NCBI GenBank assembly: GCA_963719515.1
Contig: CAVRCJ010000017.1
Coordinates: 32,001-96,000, forward strand
Direction of reading: 5' to 3'
From: an uncultured cyanobacterium
Lineage (GTDB): Bacteria > Cyanobacteriota > Cyanobacteriia > CAKZMO01
DNA length: 64,000 bases
Under the pieces are notes generated by a model that saw only the letters and a list, made by a program, of their open reading frames with translations, made no database searches and was not told the origin of the DNA. The number at the start of each line of letters is the position of its first letter. Position 1 is the first letter of the stretch. Made by a program: the position numbers and the translations under genes. Positions 43,848-54,060 of the stretch are shown one piece after another.

Positions 43848-44780
43848 TTATTCGGGGAAGAGACTCTGCTCCAAAAACGCGAGCACCGCTTGGTTCACCT
43901 GGTCGGGGCAGCTTTCCGACGCCTTGTGTCCGCACCCCGGCATCACCTGCAGCTCGGCGTTGGGCAGCTGCTGGTGCAGCCTCTTGCCATTCTCCACCGG
44001 GAACCAAGAATCTTCCTCTCCCCACAGCACTAGGGTCGGCTGCGCGATCGCCCCTAGCTGCTCCTGAAGCCGCCCGGTAAAGCAAGGCTGGCCCTGCAGC
44101 AGGCATTGAATATCGCCCAGAGCCAGCTTGAGGTCGCGGGCAAAGCAGGTCAGGGCCCCGGAAAGCTCGACGTAGGGGTAGGCCGCTATCTGCGCCGCCT
44201 GCCGGTCGACCGACTGACCCGCCGCCATCACCTCCCGCTTGATAGATCGAGCCATCCACCGGGCTACGGGCCGCATACGCTTAAGCAGCTGCAGGCGATC
44301 GGCGGCGTAGACCAGCGGCTGGGGCACCGCCGCCAGGGTCTGCATCACTTTGTTGGGCAGCTTCTCAGGAAACACCGGCACGTTGATCACCACCAGCCGC
44401 GCCACTAGGTGGGGAGACTCGATCGCCACTCCCAAGCTGGCCAGCCCCCCCAGCGACTCCCCTACCAAAACAGCAGGTTCCCCGCACAGCGCCTCCACCA
44501 CCCGCGCTAGCTCCACCACCTGGTGCCCCACCTGCGCCCTGCGCATGGGCTTTTCCGAAAAGCCAGAGCCCAGCGAGTCAAAGCAAATGACGCGGTACTG
44601 CTGGGCGATCGCCGCTATGGTCCCCCGCCAGGAGTAGCTCCATACCCCAATGCCGTGAACCAGCACCAGCGGCGGTCCCTGCCCCACCTCCCCGTAGGCG
44701 ATCGCCACGGGCTGCCCTTCAGCATCGTCAATGGTCAGGGTTTGTCGCCCCTTGGGGAAGGTTGTGGTCCACCAGTCCAT
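43848..44780 (-). CDS. Alpha/beta hydrolase
   Basis: LVHG, GESLGG nucleophile elbow, WGEED, GH. Confidence 0.9.
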   Translation of the reverse strand: MDWWTTTFPKGRQTLTIDDAEGQPVAIAYGEVGQGPPLVLVHGIGVWSYSWRGTIAAIAQQYRVICFDSLGSGFSEKPMRRAQVGHQVVELARVVEALCGEPAVLVGESLGGLASLGVAIESPHLVARLVVINVPVFPEKLPNKVMQTLAAVPQPLVYAADRLQLLKRMRPVARWMARSIKREVMAAGQSVDRQAAQIAAYPYVELSGALTCFARDLKLALGDIQCLLQGQPCFTGRLQEQLGAIAQPTLVLWGEEDSWFPVENGKRLHQQLPNAELQVMPGCGHKASESCPDQVNQAVLAFLEQSLFPE

Positions 44781-44790
44781 TTGCGCCTCT

Positions 44791-47725
44791 CTAATCCTCC
44801 CCATAGTCGCTCATCGGCGGGCAGGCACACACCAGGTTGCGATCGCCGTAGGCGTCATCCACTCGGCCCACCGACGGCCAGAATTTGTGCTCGCGGGTGT
44901 GGGCGGTGGGGTAGGCCGCCGCCTCGCGGGAGTAGGGCCGCTCCCAGCTGTCTGAGATCAGGCATTGGGCCGTGTGGGGCGCGTTGCTCAGCAGGTTGTC
45001 CTTGCGGCTCGCCGCCCCGGACTCGATGGCGCGGATCTCCTCGCGGATGGCGATCATGGCGTCGCAAAAGCGATCCAGCTCGGCCTTAGATTCGCTCTCC
45101 GTGGGCTCCACCATCATGGTGCCGATCACCGGCCAGGACATGGTGGGCGGGTGAAAGCCGTAGTCGATCAGCCGCTTGGCGATGTCGCTGACGCTGACGT
45201 CAAACTTTTTGAAGGGGCGGGTGTCGAGGATGCATTCGTGGGCCACCCAGCCTTTACGGCCCTTATATAGGATGTCGTAGTGGCCTTCTAGCCGCTTAGC
45301 GATGTAGTTGGCATTGAGGATAGCCACCTCCGTAGCCCGCGTCAGACCTGCGCCCCCCATCAGCAAAATGTACATCCAGGAGATGGGCAAGATGGAGGCG
45401 CTGCCCCAGGGCGCGGCGGCTACGGCCCCTAAAGCTTTGGCCTCATCGTTGGGGGAAATTACAGAATGGGCGGGCAAAAACGGTGCAAGGTGGGCCTTGA
45501 CGCCAATGGGACCCACGCCAGGGCCGCCGCCGCCGTGGGGAATGCAAAAAGTCTTGTGCAAATTTAGGTGACACACATCCGCGCCAAAGTCCCCCGGACG
45601 GCACAGCCCCACCTGAGCATTCATATTGGCCCCGTCCATGTAGACCTGACCGCCGTGGGTATGCACAATGTCGCAGACCGCCTTGATCTCTTCTTCGAAC
45701 ACCCCGTGGGTGGAGGGGTAGGTGACCATTAGCGCCGCTAGCTTAGCGCTGTGCTTTTCGGCCTTGGCGGTCAGATCGGCCAAATCTACGTTGCCGTCGC
45801 CATCGCACTTGACGCTGACCACCTTCATCCCGGCCATCACGGCGCTGGCGGGGTTGGTGCCGTGGGCGGATTCGGGAATCAGGCAGATATGGCGATCGCC
45901 CTCCCCCCGCTGCTGATGGTACTGGCGGATGACCAGCAATCCGGTGTATTCGCCTTGGGAGCCCGCGTTGGGCTGTAGAGAGACGGCGTCAAAGCCGGTG
46001 ATCTCCATGAGCATGCTTTCTAGCTGCCGGAAGAGCACCTGGTAGCCCTGGGCCTGATCTAGGGGAGCAAAGGGATGCACCTGACCAAACTCCGGCCAGG
46101 TGACGGGCAGCATCTCAGCGGTGGCGTTGAGCTTCATGGTGCAGGAGCCCAGGGGAATCATGGCGGTGGCCAGGGAGAGATCCTTGCTCTGCAGGCGGTG
46201 CAGATAGCGCAGCAGCTCGGTCTCGGAGTGGTAGCGGTTGAAGACGGGGTGCTGCAGGTAGGGGGTGGTGCGGGTGAAGCCATCCAGCACGTCCTGCTGA
46301 GGAGAGAGGGCGCGGGGCAGCAGCGGCGGGCGGGGGTGACCAAACACCTGCAGCAGGTACATGAGGTCAGTTTCGGTGGTGGTTTCGTCTAGGGAAACCC
46401 CAACGGTCTGCTCGTCGATGTAGCGCAGGTTGATGCTGTGGGAGAGGGCGCGCTCTAGAATCTTCTGTGCATTATTGCCCCCCAGGCGGACTTTGAGCGT
46501 GTCGAAGTAGGGCGCGTCCCCCAGGCTGTAGCCCATCTCCAAGAGCCCTGCCGCTAGCCGGGAGGTCTGCTCATGAATTTGAGCGGCAATGCGCCGCAGC
46601 CCCTCCGGCCCGTGGTACACCGCGTACATGCTGGCCATAATCGCTAGCAGCACCTGGGCGGTGCAGATATTGCTGGTGGCCTTGTCGCGGCGAATGTGCT
46701 GCTCGCGGGTCTGCAGCGCCAGCCGTAGGGCGGGCTGCCCCGAAGCGTCTTGCGACAGCCCCACCAGCCGACCGGGAATCTGCCGCTTGTGGGCTTCTTT
46801 AATGGCGAAGTAGGCGGCGTGGGGACCGCCGTAGCCCAGGGGCACCCCGAAGCGCTGGGTGCTGCCCACGGCGATATCCGCGCCAAATTCTCCCGGCGGG
46901 GTGAGCAGGGTCAGCGCCAGCAGGTCGGCGGCGACGGTGACCAAGGCGCCGCGCTCGTGGGCCTGGGCCACGAAGTCGCAGTAGTCGTAGATAGCGCCGT
47001 CGGTGGCGGGGTACTGCAGCAGCGCGCCGAAGATAGGCGTGGCGAAGTCAAACTGGCGGTGGTCGCCGACGATGCACCTCAATGCCCAAGGGGAGCGATC
47101 GCGTCTGAATCACTTCGATGGTTTGGGGGTGGCAGCTCTCGGAGACGAAAAAGGCGTTGGCCCCCTTCTTTTTGCAAGCCCCGTAGCTGAGCCCCATGGC
47201 CTCGGCGGCGGCGGTGCCCTCGTCTAGCAGGGAGGCGTTGGCGATATCTAGCCCCGTCAGGTCGGTGATTAGGGTCTGAAAGTTGAGCAGGGCCTCTAGC
47301 CGTCCCTGGGCGATCTCGGGCTGGTAGGGGGTGTATTGGGTATACCAGCCGGGGTTTTCGAGCACGTTGCGCTGAATGACCGCCGGGGTGAAGCAGCCCG
47401 CGTAGCCCATGCCGATGAAGGAGCGGTACACCTGGTTTTTGCTGGCGATTTCTTTTAAGTCGGCGAGCAGGGTCTCTTCAGACTGGCCGTCGGGGATGTC
47501 GAGGGGCTGCCGCCTGCGGATGGACTCGGGCACCGCCTGGTCGATGAGCGCCGCTAGACTGCCCACGCCGAGCACCTGCAGCATGGCCTCAATATCCTGC
47601 GATCGCGGCCCAATGTGGCGAGCCTCGAAGGGGGCTGGCCCCGACAGGTCAGCTGAGGGCTGGGGGGTCGCTCCATTTTGAGCGGGCTGGGTGCGGGGGG
47701 CGGCGGTGTAGGTATCGGGGCTCAT
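44791..47725 (-). CDS. gcvP: Glycine dehydrogenase (P protein), with an apparent +1 frameshift at ~47074
   Basis: [23 protein letters not shown]-like [20 protein letters not shown]; split into ORFs 47048-47725 and 44791-47082. Confidence 0.95.
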
Positions 47726-47868
47726 AGGGGGTTAGTGAGAATCGCGGAGTGGGTCAATGATTATATTGTGCAATAGTTGACCGAAACAGTTTGTAACCTG
47801 CGCCGCCGTTGGGGCGATCGCGCCTTGCCCAAAAGATGGACCGCTGGTGGGCCAAGACCCAAATACGG

Positions 47869-47897
47869 TTGCGCTCAGCTTCGCGTTTCGCTACACT
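47869..47897 (+). promoter_or_regulatory. Sigma70-type promoter TTGCGC-N17-TACACT
   Basis: Correct 17-bp spacing, upstream of the structured leader. Confidence 0.5.
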
Positions 47898-47903
47898 CCT
47901 CAG

Positions 47904-48119
47904 CTAGGGATGGATTCTTCATCCTGTTTTCGACGCCCGACGTTTAGCGCGTCCCCTGGAAGTGAGGCAACACGACCAGGAGACTAACCTCGCACGTTGG
48001 TATCAGCAACGCGGCAGGCTGCTCAGATTTTATCTTGTGGTAGTCGCCCCGTTTTCTCCCAAAGCGTGGGTTGGCTTAAGGGTTGGGCGTCTTTTCTACT
48101 ACCACAAGAGGCAAATCAA
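47904..48119 (+). ncRNA. Candidate structured leader / antisense-type regulatory RNA
   Basis: 12-bp perfect inverted repeat overlapping the RBS, plus other helices. Confidence 0.5.
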
Positions 48120-48401
48120 ATGACCTACAAACCTGACGCCGTCCGCCAGGCCGCTTCGCCTACCCGACCCGGCGAGGAGCCGCAGCCGCGTGAGTACCAT
48201 ACCCTGCAGCTGTTGGCGATCGGTACGCCCTACGCCATCGAGAGCTGCCGCAACCGGCTCTATACCCTGGGCTACGCTCAGCTGATTGAGTGGTCGCGTC
48301 CGCTGCCCATCATCCAGTCTGGTGAGGTGATTCGCAATGCTCGCCCGGATGAGGTGATGCGGATTTTGACGAAGCGGATTCCGCGATCGCCGAAGCGGTA
48401 G
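48120..48401 (+). CDS. Small hypothetical protein
   Basis: AAGAGG RBS then ATG; LLAIGTP...LYTLGYAQLIEWSRPLP...ILTKR resembles a recurrent cyanobacterial small-protein pattern. Confidence 0.65.
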   Translation: MTYKPDAVRQAASPTRPGEEPQPREYHTLQLLAIGTPYAIESCRNRLYTLGYAQLIEWSRPLPIIQSGEVIRNARPDEVMRILTKRIPRSPKR

Positions 48402-48484
48402 GGGGTGAAATCAGGTCTGATGTGCTAGACAGGGAGGTGTATTTATACATAGCGATTCCCGGATATCTGTTTAGCGCCTCGAAG

Positions 48485-48576
48485 GCCCTCACCCTCTCCC
48501 CCGGCCCCTCTCCCAGAGCGGAGAGGGGTGTCTAGTTCCCTTCTGCCGCTCTGGAAGAAGGGTTAGGGATGAGGGC
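48485..48576. repeat. REP-like double-hairpin dispersed repeat
   Basis: gccctca...tgagggc ends; inner cccctctcc/ggagagggg and cccttct/agaaggg hairpins. Confidence 0.7.
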
Positions 48577-48633
48577 TTTCAGGATGCTAAACAAGCGATC
48601 GCGGCCTCCTGAACACTTCACCCGCTGAAGCCC

Positions 48634-51600
48634 ATGCCCACTATCACCATCCGCGAACGCCAGCAGACCGACCGGGGCTTTGAGGCCACGGTGAGCTTTG
48701 GTCGGGGGGAGTATCCGATTACCGTCAGCAATCCCTTTAGCGAGGCAGAAGAGGCGCGGCTGGAATGGTACTTTGAGCAGTGGATTCGCTTTCCGTTTGT
48801 GGAGAAGGTGCAGGCGACAGCGGCGGCGGCGAGCGTCAAGGACTACGGCCAGCGGCTGTTTGAGCAGGTGTTTCGCAGCAATGTTGATGTCTACGCGGAC
48901 TACCGGGAGCTGCGCAGCCGCCTTAGCGATTTAGAAATCAGCATTGAGAGCCAGTCGCCGGAGTTTCAGGGGCTGCACTGGGAGGCGCTGCGCGACCCGG
49001 ACCTAGAGGAACCGCTGGCGGTGCGCTGTGCGGTGGCGCGGCGGCTAGTCCGCCCGGTGGGCTTTCGCGCCCAGGTGCAGACCTCGCCGACAATTAATCT
49101 GCTGCTGGTGACGGCCCGACCGGGGGAAGAGGACGACGTGGGCTATCGCACCGTGTCGCGCCCCTTGATTGAGGCGATCGCGCAAGCGGAGCTACCGGTG
49201 AACGTGGAGCTGCTGCGGCCCGCCACCTATGAGGCGCTGGATAAGCACCTGCAGGGCAAAGAGGGCTATTACCACATCGTCCATTTCGACACTCACGGGG
49301 CGCTGCTGCGCTATGAGAGGTCAAGGCGCTGAAGGCAGAGGCGATAAAGCTCCGACCGACGCTACATCTACGACCAGGGCTATGACAATCGCCCCATCCC
49401 GGAGTTTGGGGGCTACAAGGCGTTTTTGCTGCTGGAGGCGGGCACGAAAGGCCGAGCGAACCTGATAGAGGCGGATACCCTGGCGACGTTGCTGAAGGGC
49501 AAGGGAGTGCCGGTGTGCGTGCTCAATGCCTGCCAGTCGGGGAAGCAGGTGCGGCTGGCGGACGAAGAAGAGACAGACGGAGAGCAACCCGAACGCCCAT
49601 CGCTGCAAGCCCGCGAAACCAGCCTCGCCAGCCGCCTGATGGCCGCTGGGCTGCAGACGGTGGTGGCCATGGGCTATTCGGTGACGGTGACGGCGGCAAC
49701 AATTTTTATGGAGCGGCTGTATGCGCAGCTGATAGCAGCAGCAGTCTCTGCCGGAGGCGATCTTGGCGGCGCGGCGGGAGCTGTACAAGCGCAAGGGGCG
49801 GCGGGTCTATGCGAAGCAGACGCTGGAGCTAGAGGACTGGCTGCTGCCGGTGGCCTACTGCAATGAGGCGGTGGACCTGAACCTGCGATCGTTTACGCCC
49901 CAGGAGGAGGCGGAGTTCTTTGAGCAAGAAGACGCCCGCTATCGCTTTGAAGCACCGACTCATGGGTTTGTGGGGCGCGATTTAGACATTTTGAAGCTGG
50001 AGCGCTCATTAGACCGGCACAACGTCATTTTGCTGCAGGGGATGGGGGGCACGGGTAAGACGACGCTGCTGCGCTACCTGCAGGAGTGGTGGCAGACGAC
50101 ACACTTTGCCGAAGGGGTGTTCTACTTTGGCTATGACGAACGGGCCTACACCGTCGAGCAGATTGTGTTTGCTGTGGGGCAGCAGGTGTATGACCGCTAT
50201 GAGGCGGCGACCTTTCAAGCGATGCCGTCGCTGGGGGCGAAGGTGGCGAAGCTGACCAGGTTTTTGAAGGCGAACCCCTACGTGCTGATGCTGGACAATC
50301 TGGAATCGGTGACGGGGGAGCCGTTGGCGATTCCAAACACTCTGCCGCTGGAGGAGCAGGGTCTGCTGAAGGACTTTTTGGCAAAGCTGAAGGGGGGGAA
50401 GACGAAGGTGGTGCTGGGGTCGCGCAGCCCAGAGACTTGGCTGGAGCCGGTGTTTGATGCGCCCGGCGGCGTGAACCGCTATGTGCTGCGGGGGCTGGAC
50501 CCGGAGGCGCGGTCGGATTTGGCCCAGGCGATTTTGGAGCGGCAGGGGAAGGGCAGTGAGGAGATCGGGTTGCTGCGGAAGGATCGGGAGTTTCGGCGGC
50601 TGATGGGGCTGCTGGCGGGGTATCCGCTGGCGATGGAGGTGGTGCTGGCGAATTTGCGGCAGCAGGAGCCGGGGGAGGTGTTGGTGGCGCTGCAGGACCA
50701 AGGGGTGTCGGGCTTGAATGAGGGGGGCACGGCGCGGACGGACAATATTGTGAAATGTGTGGAGTATTCCCACAGTAATTTGTCGCCGGAGGCACAGAAG
50801 CTGCTGCTGTGTTTAGCGCCATTTATGAGCTTTTTCAATCGGGGATTTTTGCCGCAGCTATGTGGAGCAGCTAAAGCAACAGGCAGCGTTTGCGGACTAT
50901 CCATTTGAGCGGTTTGATGAGGCGATCGCTGAGGCGGTGAGCTGGGGGCTGCTGTCGCCGCTGCAGGAGGAGATGCCGCAGCTGCTGACGATTCAGCCGG
51001 TGTTTCCCTACTTTTTGAATGCGAGGCTGAGGGAGGTCAATGAAGAGACGCGGGAGGGGCTGCGGCAGGGGTTTAAGGCGCATTACCTTGGGCTTGGCGG
51101 GGTATTACCGAAAGCTGACGACCTCGAAAGAGGCTCAGGAGCGGCAGATAGGCTTAGCGTTTTGCCGCTGGGAGTATGAGAACCTCTACAAAGCCTTACA
51201 AATTTGCCTAGAGCAGCAAGAGACGGTTGGTATTTTCTTTTGCCTATTTGACTACTTGCGGCTGACCCAAAATGTCCAAGGTCAGCTCGAACTGTCGAAG
51301 TTTGTCTGCGACGCTCAAGCAGAGTATCCAGAAGAAATACGAACGGGTGAAATTGGCGAGGAGATAGGTATGGTGCTGAACCGCCTCGCTTACTGCTATC
51401 TCGGTACTCAAGATTTTAAATCTGCGGAGAAATCGTATTTAGAACAAGTAGAGCTGATTCAGCAACTCAGTGACGTAGACGAGAGGCAGAAAAAAGTTAC
51501 GCTTGCTGGCGTCTACCACCAGTTGGGCAGGGTGGCGCAGGAGCAGCGGCAATGGCAGCAGGCCAATGACTACTACAACCAAGCCCTCGCTATCAAAATC

Positions 51601-52248
51601 GAGTTCGGCGATCGCTATAGCCAAGCGAGCACCTACCAACAGTTGGGCATTGTGGCGCAGGAGCAGCGGCAATGGCAGCAGGCCAATGACTACTACAACC
51701 AAGCCCTCGCCATCATCATCGAGTACGGCGATCGCTATAGCCAAGCGAGCACCTACCACCATTTGGGCATTGTGGCGCAGGAGCAGCGGCAATGGCAGCA
51801 GGCTAATGACTACTACAACCAAGCCCTCGCTATCAAAATCGACTTCGGCGATCGCTATAGCCAAGCGCGCACCTACCACCAGTTGGGCATTGTGGCGCAG
51901 AAGCAGCGGCAATGGCAGCAGGCCAATGACTACTACAACCAAGCCCTCGCTATCAAAATCGAGTACGGCGATCGCTTTAGCCAAGCAGGAACCTACTACC
52001 ATCTTGGCCAAGTTGTAGAGGCTCAAGATGACTGGCCTACAGCGGCAAGATACTACCTAGAAAACCTGCGCATCACGATGGCGTTTAAGGACGAGGTGCG
52101 GTTGCCAATGCTGCTCCAAAATTTGGCGCGAGTCTACCGCGATCGCCGCGACGACGACTTCCTGACCCAGGCCGCCGAGATTCTAGGCGGCAGCGTAGAC
52201 GAGCTACGACAGACAATCCTCTCTCAAGACACCAAGGATGAGACTTGA
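48634..52248 (+). pseudogene. CHAT protease-STAND (NB-ARC-like) NTPase-TPR protein with ~5 indels (true pseudogene or sequencing errors)
   Basis: HIVHFDTHG and VLNACQSG (CHAT His/Cys), FVGRD, GMGGTGKTT, LMLDNLES, GYPLAM, TPRs; ORF pieces join across frames. Confidence 0.85.
51511..52010 (+). repeat. Four near-identical 120-bp TPR-coding repeats plus a partial fifth
   Basis: Units start at 51511, 51631, 51751, 51871, 51991. Confidence 0.95.
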
Positions 52249-52490
52249 AGACTCGCCGCTGAGGCGCTATGTGTGGTGAATGAGCAAAATCGGCTCACAG
52301 CCGAGTAAACATGTGTCGTCGATGGATACTTGAGCGTCGTCGATGAGTCAAAATGTGTCGCAAGCGAGACTTCAAGTCTCGTCGACGAGTAAAAAAGCGT
52401 CATCAACGAGTGTTTGATCGTCGTCGTCGAGTAAAAAAGCATCGCGGGTGAGGCCTCAAGCGTCGTCGATGAGTCAAAAAGTGTGGCAGG
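52230..52490. repeat. Degenerate 21-bp-period tandem array (~12 units)
   Basis: GAG recurs at 52240, 52261, 52282, 52303, 52345, 52366, 52387, 52408, 52429, 52450, 52471 (GGA at 52324). Confidence 0.85.
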
Positions 52491-52683
52491 ACGTTCGCGC
52501 AGCGTGGCGATAGACGTTCGCGCACAAGGCGTTTTTATTACAGGCGCAACCGTAATGCGAGAGTTGGTCCCATGTCTGGCATGGGGCGATCGCTGGCCGA
52601 ATTGCAGCATCGCCATTTTAATAAAACCATCGCAAAATAGAACAGCAGCGGCTACGTCTTTGCTGTGTGAGTTGTGAGCCCCC

Positions 52684-52880
52684 ATGACCTCATCCCAACC
52701 AGAACAGTTTGACCCAGCTTCGACAGATATTGATCAAGGCATGAAGGGCGATCGCCACGGAGAAGGGCAAACCCTCAACAGCTTGGGTCTTGTTTACCAA
52801 AATCAGGGCCGCCGGGACGATGCCATCGACGGCTATGGGCAAAGCCTCGGTATCTTCCGGTCCATGGGCGATCGCCACGA
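52684..52880 (+). pseudogene. Orphan single-TPR fragment
   Basis: [21 protein letters not shown]...[19 protein letters not shown], then runs into antisense gcvP'. Confidence 0.7.
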
Positions 52881-52886
52881 TTGGCT

Positions 52887-53733
52887 GCAGCGTCAGCGCG
52901 AGCAGGTCGGCGGCGACGGTGACCAAGTCGCCGCGCTCGTGGGCCTGGGCGATGAAGTCGCGGTAGTCGTAGATAGCCCCGTCGGTGGCGGGGTACTGCA
53001 GCAGCGCGCCGAAGATAGGCGTGGCGAAGTCAAACTGGCGGTGGTCGCCGACGATCACCTCAATGCCCAGGGGGAGCGATCGCGTCTGAATCACTTCGAT
53101 GGTTTGGGGGTGGCAGCGCTCAGAGACGAAAAAGGCGCTGGCCTTTTGCTTGCACATGCCGTAGCTGAGCCCCATAGCCTCAGCGGCGGCGGTGCCCTCG
53201 TCCAGCAGGGAGGCGTTGGCGATATCTAGCCCCGTTAGGTCAGTCACCAGGGTCTGAAAGTTGAGCAGCGCCTCTAGCCGTCCCTGGGCAATCTCGGGCT
53301 GGTAGGGGGTGTATTGGGTACACCAGCCGGGGTTTTCCAGCACGTTGCGCTAGATGACCGCCGGGGTGAAGCAGCCCGCGTAGCCCATGCCGATGAAGGA
53401 GCGGTAGACCTAGTTTTTACCGGCAATTTCTTTTAGGTCGGCCAGCAGAGTCTCTTCAGACTGACCGTTGGGGATATTGAGGGGCGATCGCCTGCGGATG
53501 GACTCGGGCACCGCCGGGTCGATGAGCACTTCTACACTGCCCGCGCCGAGCACCTGCAGCATGGCCTCGATATCCTGCGATCGCGGTCCGATGTGGCGAG
53601 GCTCGAAGGGCGCAACGCTCTGCTCAGGTCTCTGGTCAGACGTATGATTTGATATAGCGTCGGTAGATGGATCGACCTCAGACTGAGGGCTATTATCGAG
53701 GTCAGGAACGGTGTAGGTAGAATCGGGACTCAT
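52887..53733 (-). pseudogene. gcvP: Truncated 5' duplicate of gcvP with two in-frame TAG stops
   Basis: Close match to ~46905-47725; CAG>TAG at ~53350 and ~53410; ends after ADLLALTL. Confidence 0.93.
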
Positions 53734-54060
53734 AGGGCTTGTCGGTCGCGGTTGATAATTACATTGTGCAACAGGTCTTTGAAACAGTCTGTAACATGTG
53801 CCGCCAGTCTCGGCCTGCGGTATTAGCCAGCAGATGTACCTCAGCTCACACCCTCTACGCCGCTAGCCGAACTAAGGCTTGGGGCTGGAAGACTGGCCGC
53901 TCTTTAGTAGAGATCTTGACGGACCATGTAGAATCTTTACAAGTGAAATTTAGCTGAGAGTACCGTCTTTGCTCGACGTTGCCCCGTCGCAGACCTCTCG
54001 CCGTATCATCTTTCACTGCGTAATTTGCGTTCCCACTCGTTTTATTTGGAGGACAGACCC

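Noticed and set aside
47074..47082. Programmed frameshift in gcvP
   Set aside because: No slippery sequence; the paralogous copy shows a simple one-base insertion
50009..50904. Long antisense ORFs (254, 265 and 141 aa) and similar shadow ORFs across the window
   Set aside because: They overlap well-supported genes on the opposite strand, as expected in GC-rich DNA
51511..52010. Possible CRISPR array or DGR template/variable repeat pair
   Set aside because: The units are contiguous in-frame TPR codons with no spacers, the differences are not adenine-specific, and there is no reverse transcriptase in the window
52230..52490. 21-bp array as CRISPR
   Set aside because: The period is too short, there is no repeat-spacer alternation and no cas genes
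52684..53229. 181-aa ORF as a real fusion protein
   Set aside because: Only the first ~65 aa are TPR-like; the rest is the antisense frame of gcvP'
53810..54030. tRNA gene or att site upstream of murA
   Set aside because: No cloverleaf or T-loop (GTTCRA) motif recognisable
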